A stretch of DNA of 53,864 nt. It comes from Dehalococcoidia bacterium (GTDB lineage Bacteria; Chloroflexota; Dehalococcoidia; GIF9; AB-539-J10). Within the stretch, counting starts at the first letter, position 1. Every line of letters begins with the position of its first letter. The notes beneath the pieces are model-generated. The model was not told the origin of the DNA, did not search any database, and saw only the letters and a list, made by a program, of their open reading frames with translations. The stretch lies in the NCBI GenBank assembly GCA_003567655.1, contig PWZA01000132.1, forward strand, positions 1-53,864. Direction: 5' to 3'. This document shows positions 39,749-48,620 of this stretch, in pieces. Both the position numbers and the translations under genes were made by a program.

Positions 39749-39936
39749 AACTCTACCTCCTTCATCGGGCGTCACCGCCAGGAGCCGCAGGTCATGCGAT
39801 GACAGCGCAGGATGCAGTTGTATATACGAGACAGTATGACAAGCCGGTACAGGGTTGGGAAGAGATTATGTTCTAGAAGATAGTTCTATTTGAAGCTGTG
39901 AGGCAACGATTGAGGAGAGAATGCGGACAGGCGAAC

Positions 39937-40257
39937 TCAGGAGCCTTTGATCTTGACAGAGCCTCCAAGGCCCTGCAATTTTCGCGATAGCTGCTCGAAT
40001 TCGTTATCCCCGGGCTGCTTGCCCAGTTCGAGTCCATAGCTGATGAAGAACTCGAGGAAACTGCGCAGTAGCTCTTTGGTTCCTTCCTGAAACTGGTGAA
40101 ATTCCTCCCTGGTTACTGCGCCTTCCTTCTTGACTTCACCCTTCAACTGACTCTCGATCAGGAAGTTGATGAAGTCAGGCCGGCTCATATCACCCCGGTT
40201 CTCATCGATCCTCTTCACCAGTTCAGCATCTACGATAAGCATTCTCTTTTCAGACAT
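39937..40257 (-). CDS. Small protein with ribbon-helix-helix-like N-terminus
   Basis: 106 aa. KRMLIVDAELVKRIDENRGDMSRPDFINFLIE fits a beta-strand/helix/helix pattern of the CopG/Arc type. The remainder is helical. Confidence 0.45.
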   Translation of the reverse strand: MSEKRMLIVDAELVKRIDENRGDMSRPDFINFLIESQLKGEVKKEGAVTREEFHQFQEGTKELLRSFLEFFISYGLELGKQPGDNEFEQLSRKLQGLGGSVKIKGS

Positions 40258-40359
40258 GTAACTCTCCTATCATAGCACTCCTTTACTCATATTGTAGAAC
40301 GAGGGGTGACCTGCATCCGATCCTGGGCACCCCCGTTATGGCTACAAGGCATACGGAAC

Positions 40360-40635
40360 TCAAGCTCCGTTACCGTTCGGAAACTCGAGTATCTCCATTA
40401 TGCCGTCTATATGGTTAAGTAACTCTCCTCCCTTTTCCGTCACCCGATATGTGACCGCCGGATTACCAACGTGCACCTTGCTGATGAACCCGTGACTCAA
40501 AAGAAAGGCGAGGTACTTCTGGATCTGGGCATAGCTCATGTTGGCGCTGTACATTATCTCCGTCTTGCCGGCCCCGTTCTCGCCCACCCGGAGCATCTCA
40601 GCTATTATCTCGATATTGGATCTGCGCCGATTCAT
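40360..40635 (-). CDS. Winged-helix DNA-binding protein (archaeal-type small wHTH)
   Basis: RRSNIEIIAEMLRVGENGAGKTEIMYSANMSYAQIQKYLAFLLSHGFISKV..YRVTEKG. I prefer ATG 40635, because the TTG at 40674 sits inside a TATAAT box. Confidence 0.6.
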   Translation of the reverse strand: MNRRRSNIEIIAEMLRVGENGAGKTEIMYSANMSYAQIQKYLAFLLSHGFISKVHVGNPAVTYRVTEKGGELLNHIDGIMEILEFPNGNGA

Positions 40636-40894
40636 GTTGCCGCTCTGCGTGCTGCCGATTTTGGCCTGGTACAATTATACTACCCTAACTATAACTTTTG
40701 TCAATACCCTGTGCCAATTCCGCCCCCTGCTGATGCCAGTTTCCGGTCAGAGTCCGGCAGTAGCGCCCTGCATGGAAATCTGTTCAAGCACCGCTGCTTG
40801 ACAGCAGACAGTGGGTAATATAATATGAACCCTGATTCAGCAACTAACGACCAGGATATGATTCCGCAACAGATTCTTAACCCGGAGGTAGCCA

Positions 40895-41569
40895 GTGGAT
40901 AAGATTAAGGTAATGATCATCGATGAGCAGGCGTTCTTCAGAGCCGGAGTTCGCGATGCGTTGTCTTCACAAGCAGATATGGAGGTCATGGAATGCGACC
41001 CCACCGAGGATACTTTTTCGCTGATTGAGGATACTCTTCCCGATATCGTGCTGTTGGGCTCTGACCTGGCAAGTCTGAGCGGGATTGACCTGGGCAGAAG
41101 GATTGCACAGAATTACCCGAACACCAAGGTCATAGTGCTCAGTCCCGCTCCCGATGATATGGAGTTGTTTGAGGTTATCAAGACCGCGGCCGTTGCCTGC
41201 CTGAACAAGAAGACCAGCACGGAAGAGCTGGCCAATACTATAAGGAGGGCACGCGCCGGCGAGTACCCCATCAATGAGGCCGTTGTCACCCGGCCCATGG
41301 TCGCCAAGCAGGTGCTGAACCAGTTTCGTGGCATGCGGAGGACGATGGAAGGGTTGGCCGCGCCCCTCACCAACAGGGAGTCACAGATTCTGACCTATGT
41401 CGCCGAGGGTAACTCCAACAAGGAGATCGCCTATCTGCTGGAGATCAGCGAACAGACGATTAAGAACCATGTCAGCGCCATCCTCCGCAAGTTGAATGCC
41501 AACGACAGGGCCCACGCTGTTGCTCTTGCCCTCCGCAGTGGCTGGATTACGCCCGAAGAGAATTCCTGA
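40895..41569 (+). CDS. NarL/LuxR-family response regulator with atypical receiver domain (orphan)
   Basis: Receiver domain (VMIIDEQ..., KVIVLS, ACLNKK) plus LuxR HTH (LTNRESQILTYVAEGNSNKEIAYLLEISEQTIKNHVSAILRKL). GTG start behind GGAGGT. No histidine kinase gene is adjacent. Confidence 0.85.
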   Translation: MDKIKVMIIDEQAFFRAGVRDALSSQADMEVMECDPTEDTFSLIEDTLPDIVLLGSDLASLSGIDLGRRIAQNYPNTKVIVLSPAPDDMELFEVIKTAAVACLNKKTSTEELANTIRRARAGEYPINEAVVTRPMVAKQVLNQFRGMRRTMEGLAAPLTNRESQILTYVAEGNSNKEIAYLLEISEQTIKNHVSAILRKLNANDRAHAVALALRSGWITPEENS

Positions 41570-41765
41570 CGCTCCTCCTGAGTCAGATAGTAGCACATCA
41601 TATCTACCTGTGCACCCCGGCTGTTGATATCATCGCGGCACTGAAGTCACAGGTGCTCTGCCGTCTTGATCCAGCCACTATCGGCTTCTAAGTACCCGTC
41701 TTGCCCCCTGTTTGCAGACACGTCAACCACTCACCCGACCCCCACCTTCCAGTACTGACGGCCTA

Positions 41766-41794
41766 TTGACAGTATTATAGCTCGGCACTATAGA
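41766..41794 (+). promoter_or_regulatory. Near-consensus sigma70 promoter upstream of the pilus genes
   Basis: TTGACA (41766..41771), a 17-nt spacer, then TATAGA (41789..41794, overlapping TAGAAT). It lies about 360-440 nt upstream of the possible pilB starts, in a region with no convincing ORF. Confidence 0.5.
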
Positions 41795-42239
41795 ATGCAT
41801 AGGTGTGGAAACCCGGTTCGCCGGGTGGCCATGCATTGTTAACCTGGTGACTACTGGAATCGGGAGGTGCAAGGTCGAGCATAACTTGACGAAGAGCCAA
41901 ACACACAGGCCTGCACGCATGGTTCCTGGTGGCGGTTGCCTCGACCATCGCCGGCGCGCGCGGGGATATGTCGCCACAGGCAGGACACATGGTGCGTGCG
42001 GTCGGGGCATGTCTCGAACACATGGACTGTCGTTGAACTTTCACGGCACTTGCCGGCGGGGAGCGATGCGCATAATGCATGCGATCAACCGGCCGGGGTC
42101 GGCGCGGTGTTCAGGGGCATCCACTCTTCAGACAATATAATAATATGTAGGTGACCGGGTGAAAAACGACACTGTGAGCAGCCTCGACCTGAGCAAGATG
42201 AAGACCTACACTCTGCCTCAGTCGTCAGGAGCCGGCAGT

Positions 42240-44630
42240 ATGGCACAGCAGACAGAAGTAAGCCCCGAACTGAGGACCCGCATAAGGGAGTATCTTCAGG
42301 CAAAGGGCTATGAAGTGACCGACGACGCTGAAGTCATCGGAAAGTCGGATGTCGCGCATATATTCGATATGCTGGCTTATATAGACGATGGCTTCAACAG
42401 CTATGTGCTTGCCGTCTGCATCACGACCGGAGGTGACAGGAACGCCGAGGTGGAGACCATCTACCACTTCGCCAACAAGTGCTACGATTGCGGAGTCATC
42501 GACAGGGTCCTCATCGCGGCACCTGAGATAAGCGAAGAGGCCAGGCTGCTGGCGCGCAAGCAACGAATAAAGGTCATCGATGGAGAGCTCGTTGAGAAAC
42601 TGCTGAACTCGAGGCCTTCGGGGCCGATCAAACGCAAAGAACAGCTCAGGTTCGAGACCAGGGAGGAGTTGATACAGTCCCTGGTCGACCTTGGCTACAG
42701 CGTGCAGGAACAGGCCAGGATCCAGGGCCAGTCCGGCGTTGAGTATATCTTCGATGTACTGGCCCACACCAATACCGGCCAGGTCAGCCATACGCTGGGC
42801 CTCGACTTCCTGAACGGGAGCGACCAGGTGAACCTGGAACAGGTGACACTGTTCGATACCAAGGCTTACGACGCCGCCGTCGACGGCAAGGTCATCGTCG
42901 TATCTCCGGACATCACCCCGGAGGCCAGGAAGTTCGCCCAGCACCAGAGAATAAGGGTCATAGAACTCGAACCGAAGACCGATGAAGGGCCTGTGAACGA
43001 AGCCGAAGAGGCGGTGAAGGAACCGGAGGAGGCGGTGAAGGAACCGGAGGAGCCGGTCAGGGAACCCGAAGAATCGGTCAAGGAACCCGCAGAGACGCTT
43101 CCCAGGTCGAAGGCGAAATCAACCAAGCTGGAGAAGCCGCATGCCAGGCTCTCGAAGCAGCAGCCTGAGGCAGAGGCACTGCAACTGATCCCCGAGTTGG
43201 TGGCCAGGAGGTACAGTGCCATACCTCTGACCATATCCGGCAAGACGCTGGAAGTAGCTATGGCAGACCCGAGCGATATCTTCGCACTCGAGGCACTGTC
43301 GGCCCATAGCCGTATGAGGATCAGGCCTGTGGCAGCCAGCGCCAAGGACGTCCGCGATGCCATCGACCTTAACTATAAGGGCTATGGCGAAATCGAGAAG
43401 CACCTTTCGCGGATCAACATCCCGGAGGAAGCTACCGATGAGAAGATCGCGCTGACGGCTGCCACCGACACTCCGTTGGTGCAGGCCCTTAATCTTATTA
43501 TTGAAGAGGCGGTCAAGTCCCGTTCCTCCGATATCCATATCGAGCCGGAGGAGGACAGGATCAGGGTCCGCTACCGTATAGATGGCACTCTGCACGATAC
43601 GATGTCGCTGCCCCTGAGTGTACACCGCGCCCTGATCTCACGCATCAAGATACTCGGCGGCATGAACATCGCAGACCACTTCCGTCCCCAGGACGGCCAG
43701 TTCTCGGCCGACTCCACCGGGCGTGACATTGATATCAGGGTTGCCACCGCTCCTACCGTACAGGGTGAGACGGCAGTCATGCGAATCCTGGACAAGTCGC
43801 TGGCCACCCTGGGCCTCTCGGAGTTGGGACTGCGGCCCGACGGCCTGGCCAAGATCGAGGGCCTGCTGCGGATTCCATACGGCATGCTACTGGTCAGCGG
43901 TCCTACCGGAGCGGGGAAGACTACTACCCTCTATGCAGCTATCAACTCCTTCGACACGTTGTCCAATAACGTGATCACAATCGAGGACCCTGCCGAGTAC
44001 CGCTTCAAGTCCATCAACCAGATACAGGTCAACAACCAGGCAGGGATCACCTTCGCCAGCGGTTTGAGGTCCATACTACGCCTGGACCCGGATGTGGTGC
44101 TGGTCGGTGAGATACGTGATTCGGAGACGGCCAACATAGCCGTTCAGGCATCACTGACCGGTCATCTCCTGATGTCCTCCATCCATGCCAACGATGTTGG
44201 AGGTGTGCTCTCCCGGTTACACGACCTGAAGGTCGAGCCCTTCCTCATAGCTTCGGCCGTCATCGGTGTAATAGCTCAGCGGATGGCGCGCCGTGTCTGC
44301 CCCGATTGCAGTCATCTCATTGAGGCCCCGGCGATCGAGCAGATGGCCTACGAAAAAGAGATGGGTGAGAAGAAGACGAAATTCCACTACGGCACCGGCT
44401 GTAAGTCGTGTGCCTATTCCGGTTACCGCGGGAGGACGGGACTGTTCGAGATTCTGACCATGAGCGACGAGATAGGCACCATGATCTGCAACCGCGCCAG
44501 CAGTACCGCTATACGGGCGCAGGCGCTCAAAGAGGGCATGGTCTCTATGATGAGCGATGGCATGCACAAGGTAAAGGACGGCATTACCACCCCCTCCGAG
44601 GTATTGCGCAATGCATACACAGGAGGATAG
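42240..44630 (+). CDS. pilB: Type IV pilus assembly ATPase PilB/GspE with two N-terminal Mrr-like (PD-(D/E)xK fold) domains
   Basis: T2SSE_N domain (IPELVARRYSAIPL..EVAMADPSD), Walker A GPTGAGKTTT, Asp/His boxes, and the tetracysteine CPDC...CKSC. The N-terminal 290 aa hold two paralogous domains. I prefer ATG 42240 (AGGAG upstream); the alternative is GTG 42159. Confidence 0.9.
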   Translation: MAQQTEVSPELRTRIREYLQAKGYEVTDDAEVIGKSDVAHIFDMLAYIDDGFNSYVLAVCITTGGDRNAEVETIYHFANKCYDCGVIDRVLIAAPEISEEARLLARKQRIKVIDGELVEKLLNSRPSGPIKRKEQLRFETREELIQSLVDLGYSVQEQARIQGQSGVEYIFDVLAHTNTGQVSHTLGLDFLNGSDQVNLEQVTLFDTKAYDAAVDGKVIVVSPDITPEARKFAQHQRIRVIELEPKTDEGPVNEAEEAVKEPEEAVKEPEEPVREPEESVKEPAETLPRSKAKSTKLEKPHARLSKQQPEAEALQLIPELVARRYSAIPLTISGKTLEVAMADPSDIFALEALSAHSRMRIRPVAASAKDVRDAIDLNYKGYGEIEKHLSRINIPEEATDEKIALTAATDTPLVQALNLIIEEAVKSRSSDIHIEPEEDRIRVRYRIDGTLHDTMSLPLSVHRALISRIKILGGMNIADHFRPQDGQFSADSTGRDIDIRVATAPTVQGETAVMRILDKSLATLGLSELGLRPDGLAKIEGLLRIPYGMLLVSGPTGAGKTTTLYAAINSFDTLSNNVITIEDPAEYRFKSINQIQVNNQAGITFASGLRSILRLDPDVVLVGEIRDSETANIAVQASLTGHLLMSSIHANDVGGVLSRLHDLKVEPFLIASAVIGVIAQRMARRVCPDCSHLIEAPAIEQMAYEKEMGEKKTKFHYGTGCKSCAYSGYRGRTGLFEILTMSDEIGTMICNRASSTAIRAQALKEGMVSMMSDGMHKVKDGITTPSEVLRNAYTGG

Positions 44631-44647
44631 TAGACAGGAGGCATCAT

Positions 44648-45853
44648 ATGGATTTTGCATATACGGCTTATACGGAAGACAAGAAGCTGGTAAGGGGAAA
44701 GGTCTCCGCCAATGACGAAGAAGCCGCCGCCGAGCTTCTGAACTACGGCGGCTACCGCGTCGTGAGCCTTAAGTCGGTCGTTCCCTTGATCGACAAGGAG
44801 AAACTGATGGCGAGGTTCAACCGCATCAAATCAGCGGAGATAGTCATGTTTTCCCGCCAGCTGGCGCTGCTCCTGGAGTCAGGCACAGATATAGTCACGT
44901 CCCTGGACCTCCTGCAGGACCAGATATACAATCAAACCCTGAAGCGCATAGTCGCTGATGTGGCCTCAGATATACGCGGCGGCACCTCGCTATCGGCAGC
45001 GCTCAGCAAGCATCCACTCGCATTCAATGACATGTACCATCGCACGATAGCCGCCGGCGAGCAGGGCGGTAACCTGGAGGTGGTGCTCAGGCAGATGGCC
45101 GACCACATCGAAAAGGCGGTCACCATCGAGAAGAAGATCAAGGGGGCATTGACCTATCCCGTTATCGTCGTCATCGTGGCCGTGGTCGTGGTCGGGATCA
45201 TGGTCACCTTCGTACTGCCTACCTTTACCGATCTCTACAGCCAGTTCGCGGTTGAACTGCCGCTGCCCACGCGCATCCTCATCGGCGTCGCTGATTTCGC
45301 CAAGGCGTACGGAGTCTATGCCATGCTCTTGTTTGTCGTCGCCGTCGGCATTGCCTTCGCCTATATAAGGACGCCTGCCGGTAAACACCGCTGGGACAGG
45401 GCGATTCTTCGTTTTCCCGTCATCGGGCCCATTGTCCACCTCAGCGAGTTGTCCCGCTGCTGCCGTACCATGGCATTGCTTTTGAGGGTCGGTCTGCCTC
45501 TGCCCGAGGTTGTAGCCATGACCATTCACGGCAGCACCAACAAGAGCGTCACCGAGAACCTGACCGAGGTCCAGCAGGAGCTAATACGGGGTGAGGGACT
45601 GTCCCGGCCCATGGCCAAGAGGAGTCTCTTTCTGCCCCTGATGACGCAGATGGTCAAGGTCGGTGAGGAGACCGGAAGCCTGGACAACTCCCTGACCACC
45701 GTAGCGGATAGCTATGAGGTCGAGGCCGGTGACAAGACTAGCGCTGCTATAGCGCTCATCCAGCCCATGCTCACCATAGTGATGGGCGGGCTGATCGGCT
45801 TCATAATCATGGGCATGGTCTCGGCCATGTACTCTATCTACGGTTCACTGTAG
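44648..45853 (+). CDS. pilC: Type IV pilus platform protein PilC (GspF family)
   Basis: 401 aa from ATG 44648 (ACAGGAGG ribosome-binding site). Two T2SSF repeats (FSRQLALLLESGTDI / CCRTMALLLRVGLPL) and three or four transmembrane helices. The ORF-track upstream extension overlaps pilB and is rejected. Confidence 0.9.
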   Translation: MDFAYTAYTEDKKLVRGKVSANDEEAAAELLNYGGYRVVSLKSVVPLIDKEKLMARFNRIKSAEIVMFSRQLALLLESGTDIVTSLDLLQDQIYNQTLKRIVADVASDIRGGTSLSAALSKHPLAFNDMYHRTIAAGEQGGNLEVVLRQMADHIEKAVTIEKKIKGALTYPVIVVIVAVVVVGIMVTFVLPTFTDLYSQFAVELPLPTRILIGVADFAKAYGVYAMLLFVVAVGIAFAYIRTPAGKHRWDRAILRFPVIGPIVHLSELSRCCRTMALLLRVGLPLPEVVAMTIHGSTNKSVTENLTEVQQELIRGEGLSRPMAKRSLFLPLMTQMVKVGEETGSLDNSLTTVADSYEVEAGDKTSAAIALIQPMLTIVMGGLIGFIIMGMVSAMYSIYGSL

Positions 45854-45869
45854 GTGATTGGGGTTATCG

Positions 45870-46262
45870 ATGAAGTATTTGAGACTGCGCGGCAGAGTGA
45901 GAAGGGCTCTCCGGGGCCGCTCCAGCGGCCTGACACTGGTCGAGCTCGTGATAGCCATGGCCCTCATGAGCATAATCGTTGTCGCCTTCCTGGGAGGACT
46001 CTCCAACGCGATTGCGCACCTCCACTTTGCAGATGTGCGGACCACTGCGGAAAGCCTGGCCAGCAGCGAAATGGAGTATCTTAAGCAAAGCTATCAGTCT
46101 AACCCTGTGGATTACGAGAATGAGGATCCTACGGGCTATGAGGGATACACCGTTCAGGTCAGCTTTGCACCCCTGGAAGACGGTCTCCAGGAGATGGTAG
46201 TTAAGGTCAGCCACGGAGGCAAAGAAGTGGTCTCACTCACAGGCTACAGGGGGGACCGATGA
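45870..46262 (+). CDS. Prepilin-type N-terminal cleavage/methylation domain protein (candidate pilin)
   Basis: Arg-rich leader MKYLRLRGRVRRALRGRSSG, then LTLVELVIAMALMSIIV (Glu at +5 after the Gly cleavage site). Confidence 0.8.
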   Translation: MKYLRLRGRVRRALRGRSSGLTLVELVIAMALMSIIVVAFLGGLSNAIAHLHFADVRTTAESLASSEMEYLKQSYQSNPVDYENEDPTGYEGYTVQVSFAPLEDGLQEMVVKVSHGGKEVVSLTGYRGDR

Positions 46263-46774
46263 AGACTGAGAGATTGCGCCTAATACACAATAATCAGCGG
46301 GGGATTACCCTTGTCGAGCTTATGATAGCCATCGCCCTCTTCGGTCTGGTGGCCGGGGCCCTTACCATGACCTTTGCTCACGTGTTCACCGCCAGCACCC
46401 GCACCTCTGCACACATGACCGCCGTCAGGCAGGTGCAGAGCGCCGGTTACTGGGTAAGTCGAGATGCTCTGCAGGCTCAGCATGTGGTACCAGACGAAAC
46501 TGAAACTTCCGGGTTTCCCCTCACCCTTAGCTGGGAGTGGGATGATGTCGAGTACAAAGTTATCTACACCGTCACAGCAGATAATGAACTCCGCCGAACT
46601 CGCTCGGTCGATGAAGTGGTTACCGACACAGGCATCGTTGCCCAGTTCCTCGATTCGGTTCAGATAGAACCAATGCCATACTATCGCGGTAAGCTAACGT
46701 TTACGGTGGTTGCCACAGTGGGCGGGCAGACCGAGCAACGAGTCTATGAACTAATCCCCAGACCTGGTTCTTAA
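46259..46774 (+). CDS. Prepilin-type N-terminal cleavage/methylation domain protein (pilin or minor pilin)
   Basis: Leader MKTERLRLIHNNQRG, then ITLVELMIAIALFGLV (Glu +5). ATGA overlap with the preceding pilin gene. Confidence 0.8.
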   Translation: MKTERLRLIHNNQRGITLVELMIAIALFGLVAGALTMTFAHVFTASTRTSAHMTAVRQVQSAGYWVSRDALQAQHVVPDETETSGFPLTLSWEWDDVEYKVIYTVTADNELRRTRSVDEVVTDTGIVAQFLDSVQIEPMPYYRGKLTFTVVATVGGQTEQRVYELIPRPGS

Positions 46775-47012
46775 CCGAGATCGGGCTCCCGACCTTGCAC
46801 CATGCGCCTATCAGTCCACAGCAGACCATACCGAGGGCCCTGGCCACTAACTGCCAGTAGTCGATATCTCACCACGCACGAGAAACATCGAATGCACAGA
46901 CAGAGCGAGGAACTGTCCGATTTCGTGCCACAGTACGAATGACCTATTACATAAGAGGCATTGACCTTGAGAGGGAATCCCTTATACTTAATAATTGTAG
47001 GGAGGTGACGTC

Positions 47013-48248
47013 ATGAAGACCGGAATGAGACGGTTGATCAGAGAGGAAAAGGGGGCGGCGCTGGCTCTGACACTGGTTCTGCTTCTCATCGGAGGGCTCA
47101 TTATCACTCCCGTGATTCGCCACATGGGCACGGGCATTATAGCAGGAGGAGTCCACGAGAAGAGGATGGGCGAGCTCTATGCCGCCGATGCCGGTGTTGA
47201 AGATGCCATCTGGAAGATACAGAATCCTGATGACATAGCTGACTGGCCCGATCCTACCTGTGCTGACTCGCCATGGGAAGAGCCTTACGAATACGAGCTA
47301 TGGGTTGATGGACGAGACGTTACCCTCTCGATAGAATATCTGGGCAACGACAACTATAGAGTTATTTCGACAGCTACAGATGCCGACGGCTCTACCACTA
47401 TAGTAGAATCCCGTGTCTTCTGGGGTAGCCACTGGAAGGAAATCCTCAACTTCGGTGTTATTGCTCTTGATGGTGACATAACTATTACAGGTACTTCAGT
47501 ACTCGACTCATCTCCTGACCCGAACGCCATGCATATCTACGCTGATGGGAACATTAGCATTGGGGGTAACAGCCAGGTAAAGGGTTCTGCTACTGCATCA
47601 GGCGACATTTCAGACGCAAGCAGAGTCACCCCGGGCCCGGTGAACGATGACTACCACCCCCCGATAGAGTTCGGGTTGCCCGATCTATCAGTATACTGGA
47701 AGGAAGCAATGAGCGGCGAGTTTATCGACGTCTCTGAGGATCCTGACAACACGCTGGTGATAGACGTTTCGCGGAGTATAGGCCCGGCGTATATCAATGG
47801 CGATCTGCATGTTACTTCAGACGCTCTTCTAACGCTTACGGGCCCTGTATGGGTTGAAGGCGATATCAAAACCGATGGCAAGACCGAAGTCACGGGCAGG
47901 GCCCCGCTCGTGGCTGAAGGTATGATAACGATGGTGGGAGGCGCTGCCCTGGATACAGAGGAGATGCCCGTTGTCATATCGACCGTTGATCATGAGGACA
48001 TAGGTTCAGATTACTCGATCAGTTTTGAAGGGAGCGCAGACGCCTACATGGTTCTGTACGCTCCCGTCGGCCTTATCGATGTGTCCGGATCTGGTGCAGT
48101 AAACGGTGCCATAATCGGCAGAGCGGTGAACATAAGCATAGCGGCTAATGTTAATGCTGTCTATGACCTTGAGGTGGTCAACAGGGTCCGTGCAAAGCAG
48201 ATAACAATCGAGACCTGGGAAATGACTGCTGCAGGCCCGGCTTCATAA
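47013..48248 (+). CDS. PilX_N / TadG-like pilus-associated protein with beta-helix-like C-terminal region
   Basis: N-terminus EKGAALALTLVLLLIGGLIITP (pilin-like hydrophobic segment without Glu +5). The C-terminal half has repetitive G-D/N-I-x-I/V motifs. GGGAGGTGA ribosome-binding site. Candidate promoter TTGACC-N16-TATACT at 46961..46988. Confidence 0.55.
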   Translation: MKTGMRRLIREEKGAALALTLVLLLIGGLIITPVIRHMGTGIIAGGVHEKRMGELYAADAGVEDAIWKIQNPDDIADWPDPTCADSPWEEPYEYELWVDGRDVTLSIEYLGNDNYRVISTATDADGSTTIVESRVFWGSHWKEILNFGVIALDGDITITGTSVLDSSPDPNAMHIYADGNISIGGNSQVKGSATASGDISDASRVTPGPVNDDYHPPIEFGLPDLSVYWKEAMSGEFIDVSEDPDNTLVIDVSRSIGPAYINGDLHVTSDALLTLTGPVWVEGDIKTDGKTEVTGRAPLVAEGMITMVGGAALDTEEMPVVISTVDHEDIGSDYSISFEGSADAYMVLYAPVGLIDVSGSGAVNGAIIGRAVNISIAANVNAVYDLEVVNRVRAKQITIETWEMTAAGPAS

Positions 48249-48620
48249 GAAGATGATTGCATCACCTCCAGGATGCTGAGCGAGCCAGTATACCGCGAGG
48301 TATAACCATTCACCAGAACTGGCAAGGCATCGGAATCCGCCTGGTCTGTCTCTCTCCAGTCAGCCTGCCTGTTATCCGGAATGGACAGCAGGAAGGGTCA
48401 AAACGACCAATCTGATAGTCTTGCCGCCAATTGTGTAGAATAGCTCAGATTTGCGCCGTGTTACTCTCCGGAGACGCCATCCCGTGCTTGGCGAAAACAC
48501 TTCTATTTCAATCCCAGACAGGACCCTTGAGACTGCTCTACGGTAACCTGTCGTTCAGAAGCCGACCTCACGAGACAGAGCAGTTTCCAGACTTCTAATC
48601 AGAGATTGCCTGGATCAGAG

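Noticed and set aside
41723-42154. Four mutually overlapping ORFs on both strands (41723..42010, 41775..42080, 41805..42140, 41936..42154) upstream of pilB.
   Set aside because: The translations are Arg/Pro/Cys/His-rich and non-protein-like. The ORFs overlap each other in different frames and have no ribosome-binding sites. I treat the region as non-coding leader; see the finding on it.
44408-44647. The upstream 80-codon extension of the pilC ORF, which overlaps the 3' end of pilB.
   Set aside because: The extension is Arg/His-rich and non-homologous. A good ribosome-binding site (ACAGGAGG) and the conserved PilC N-terminus begin at ATG 44648.
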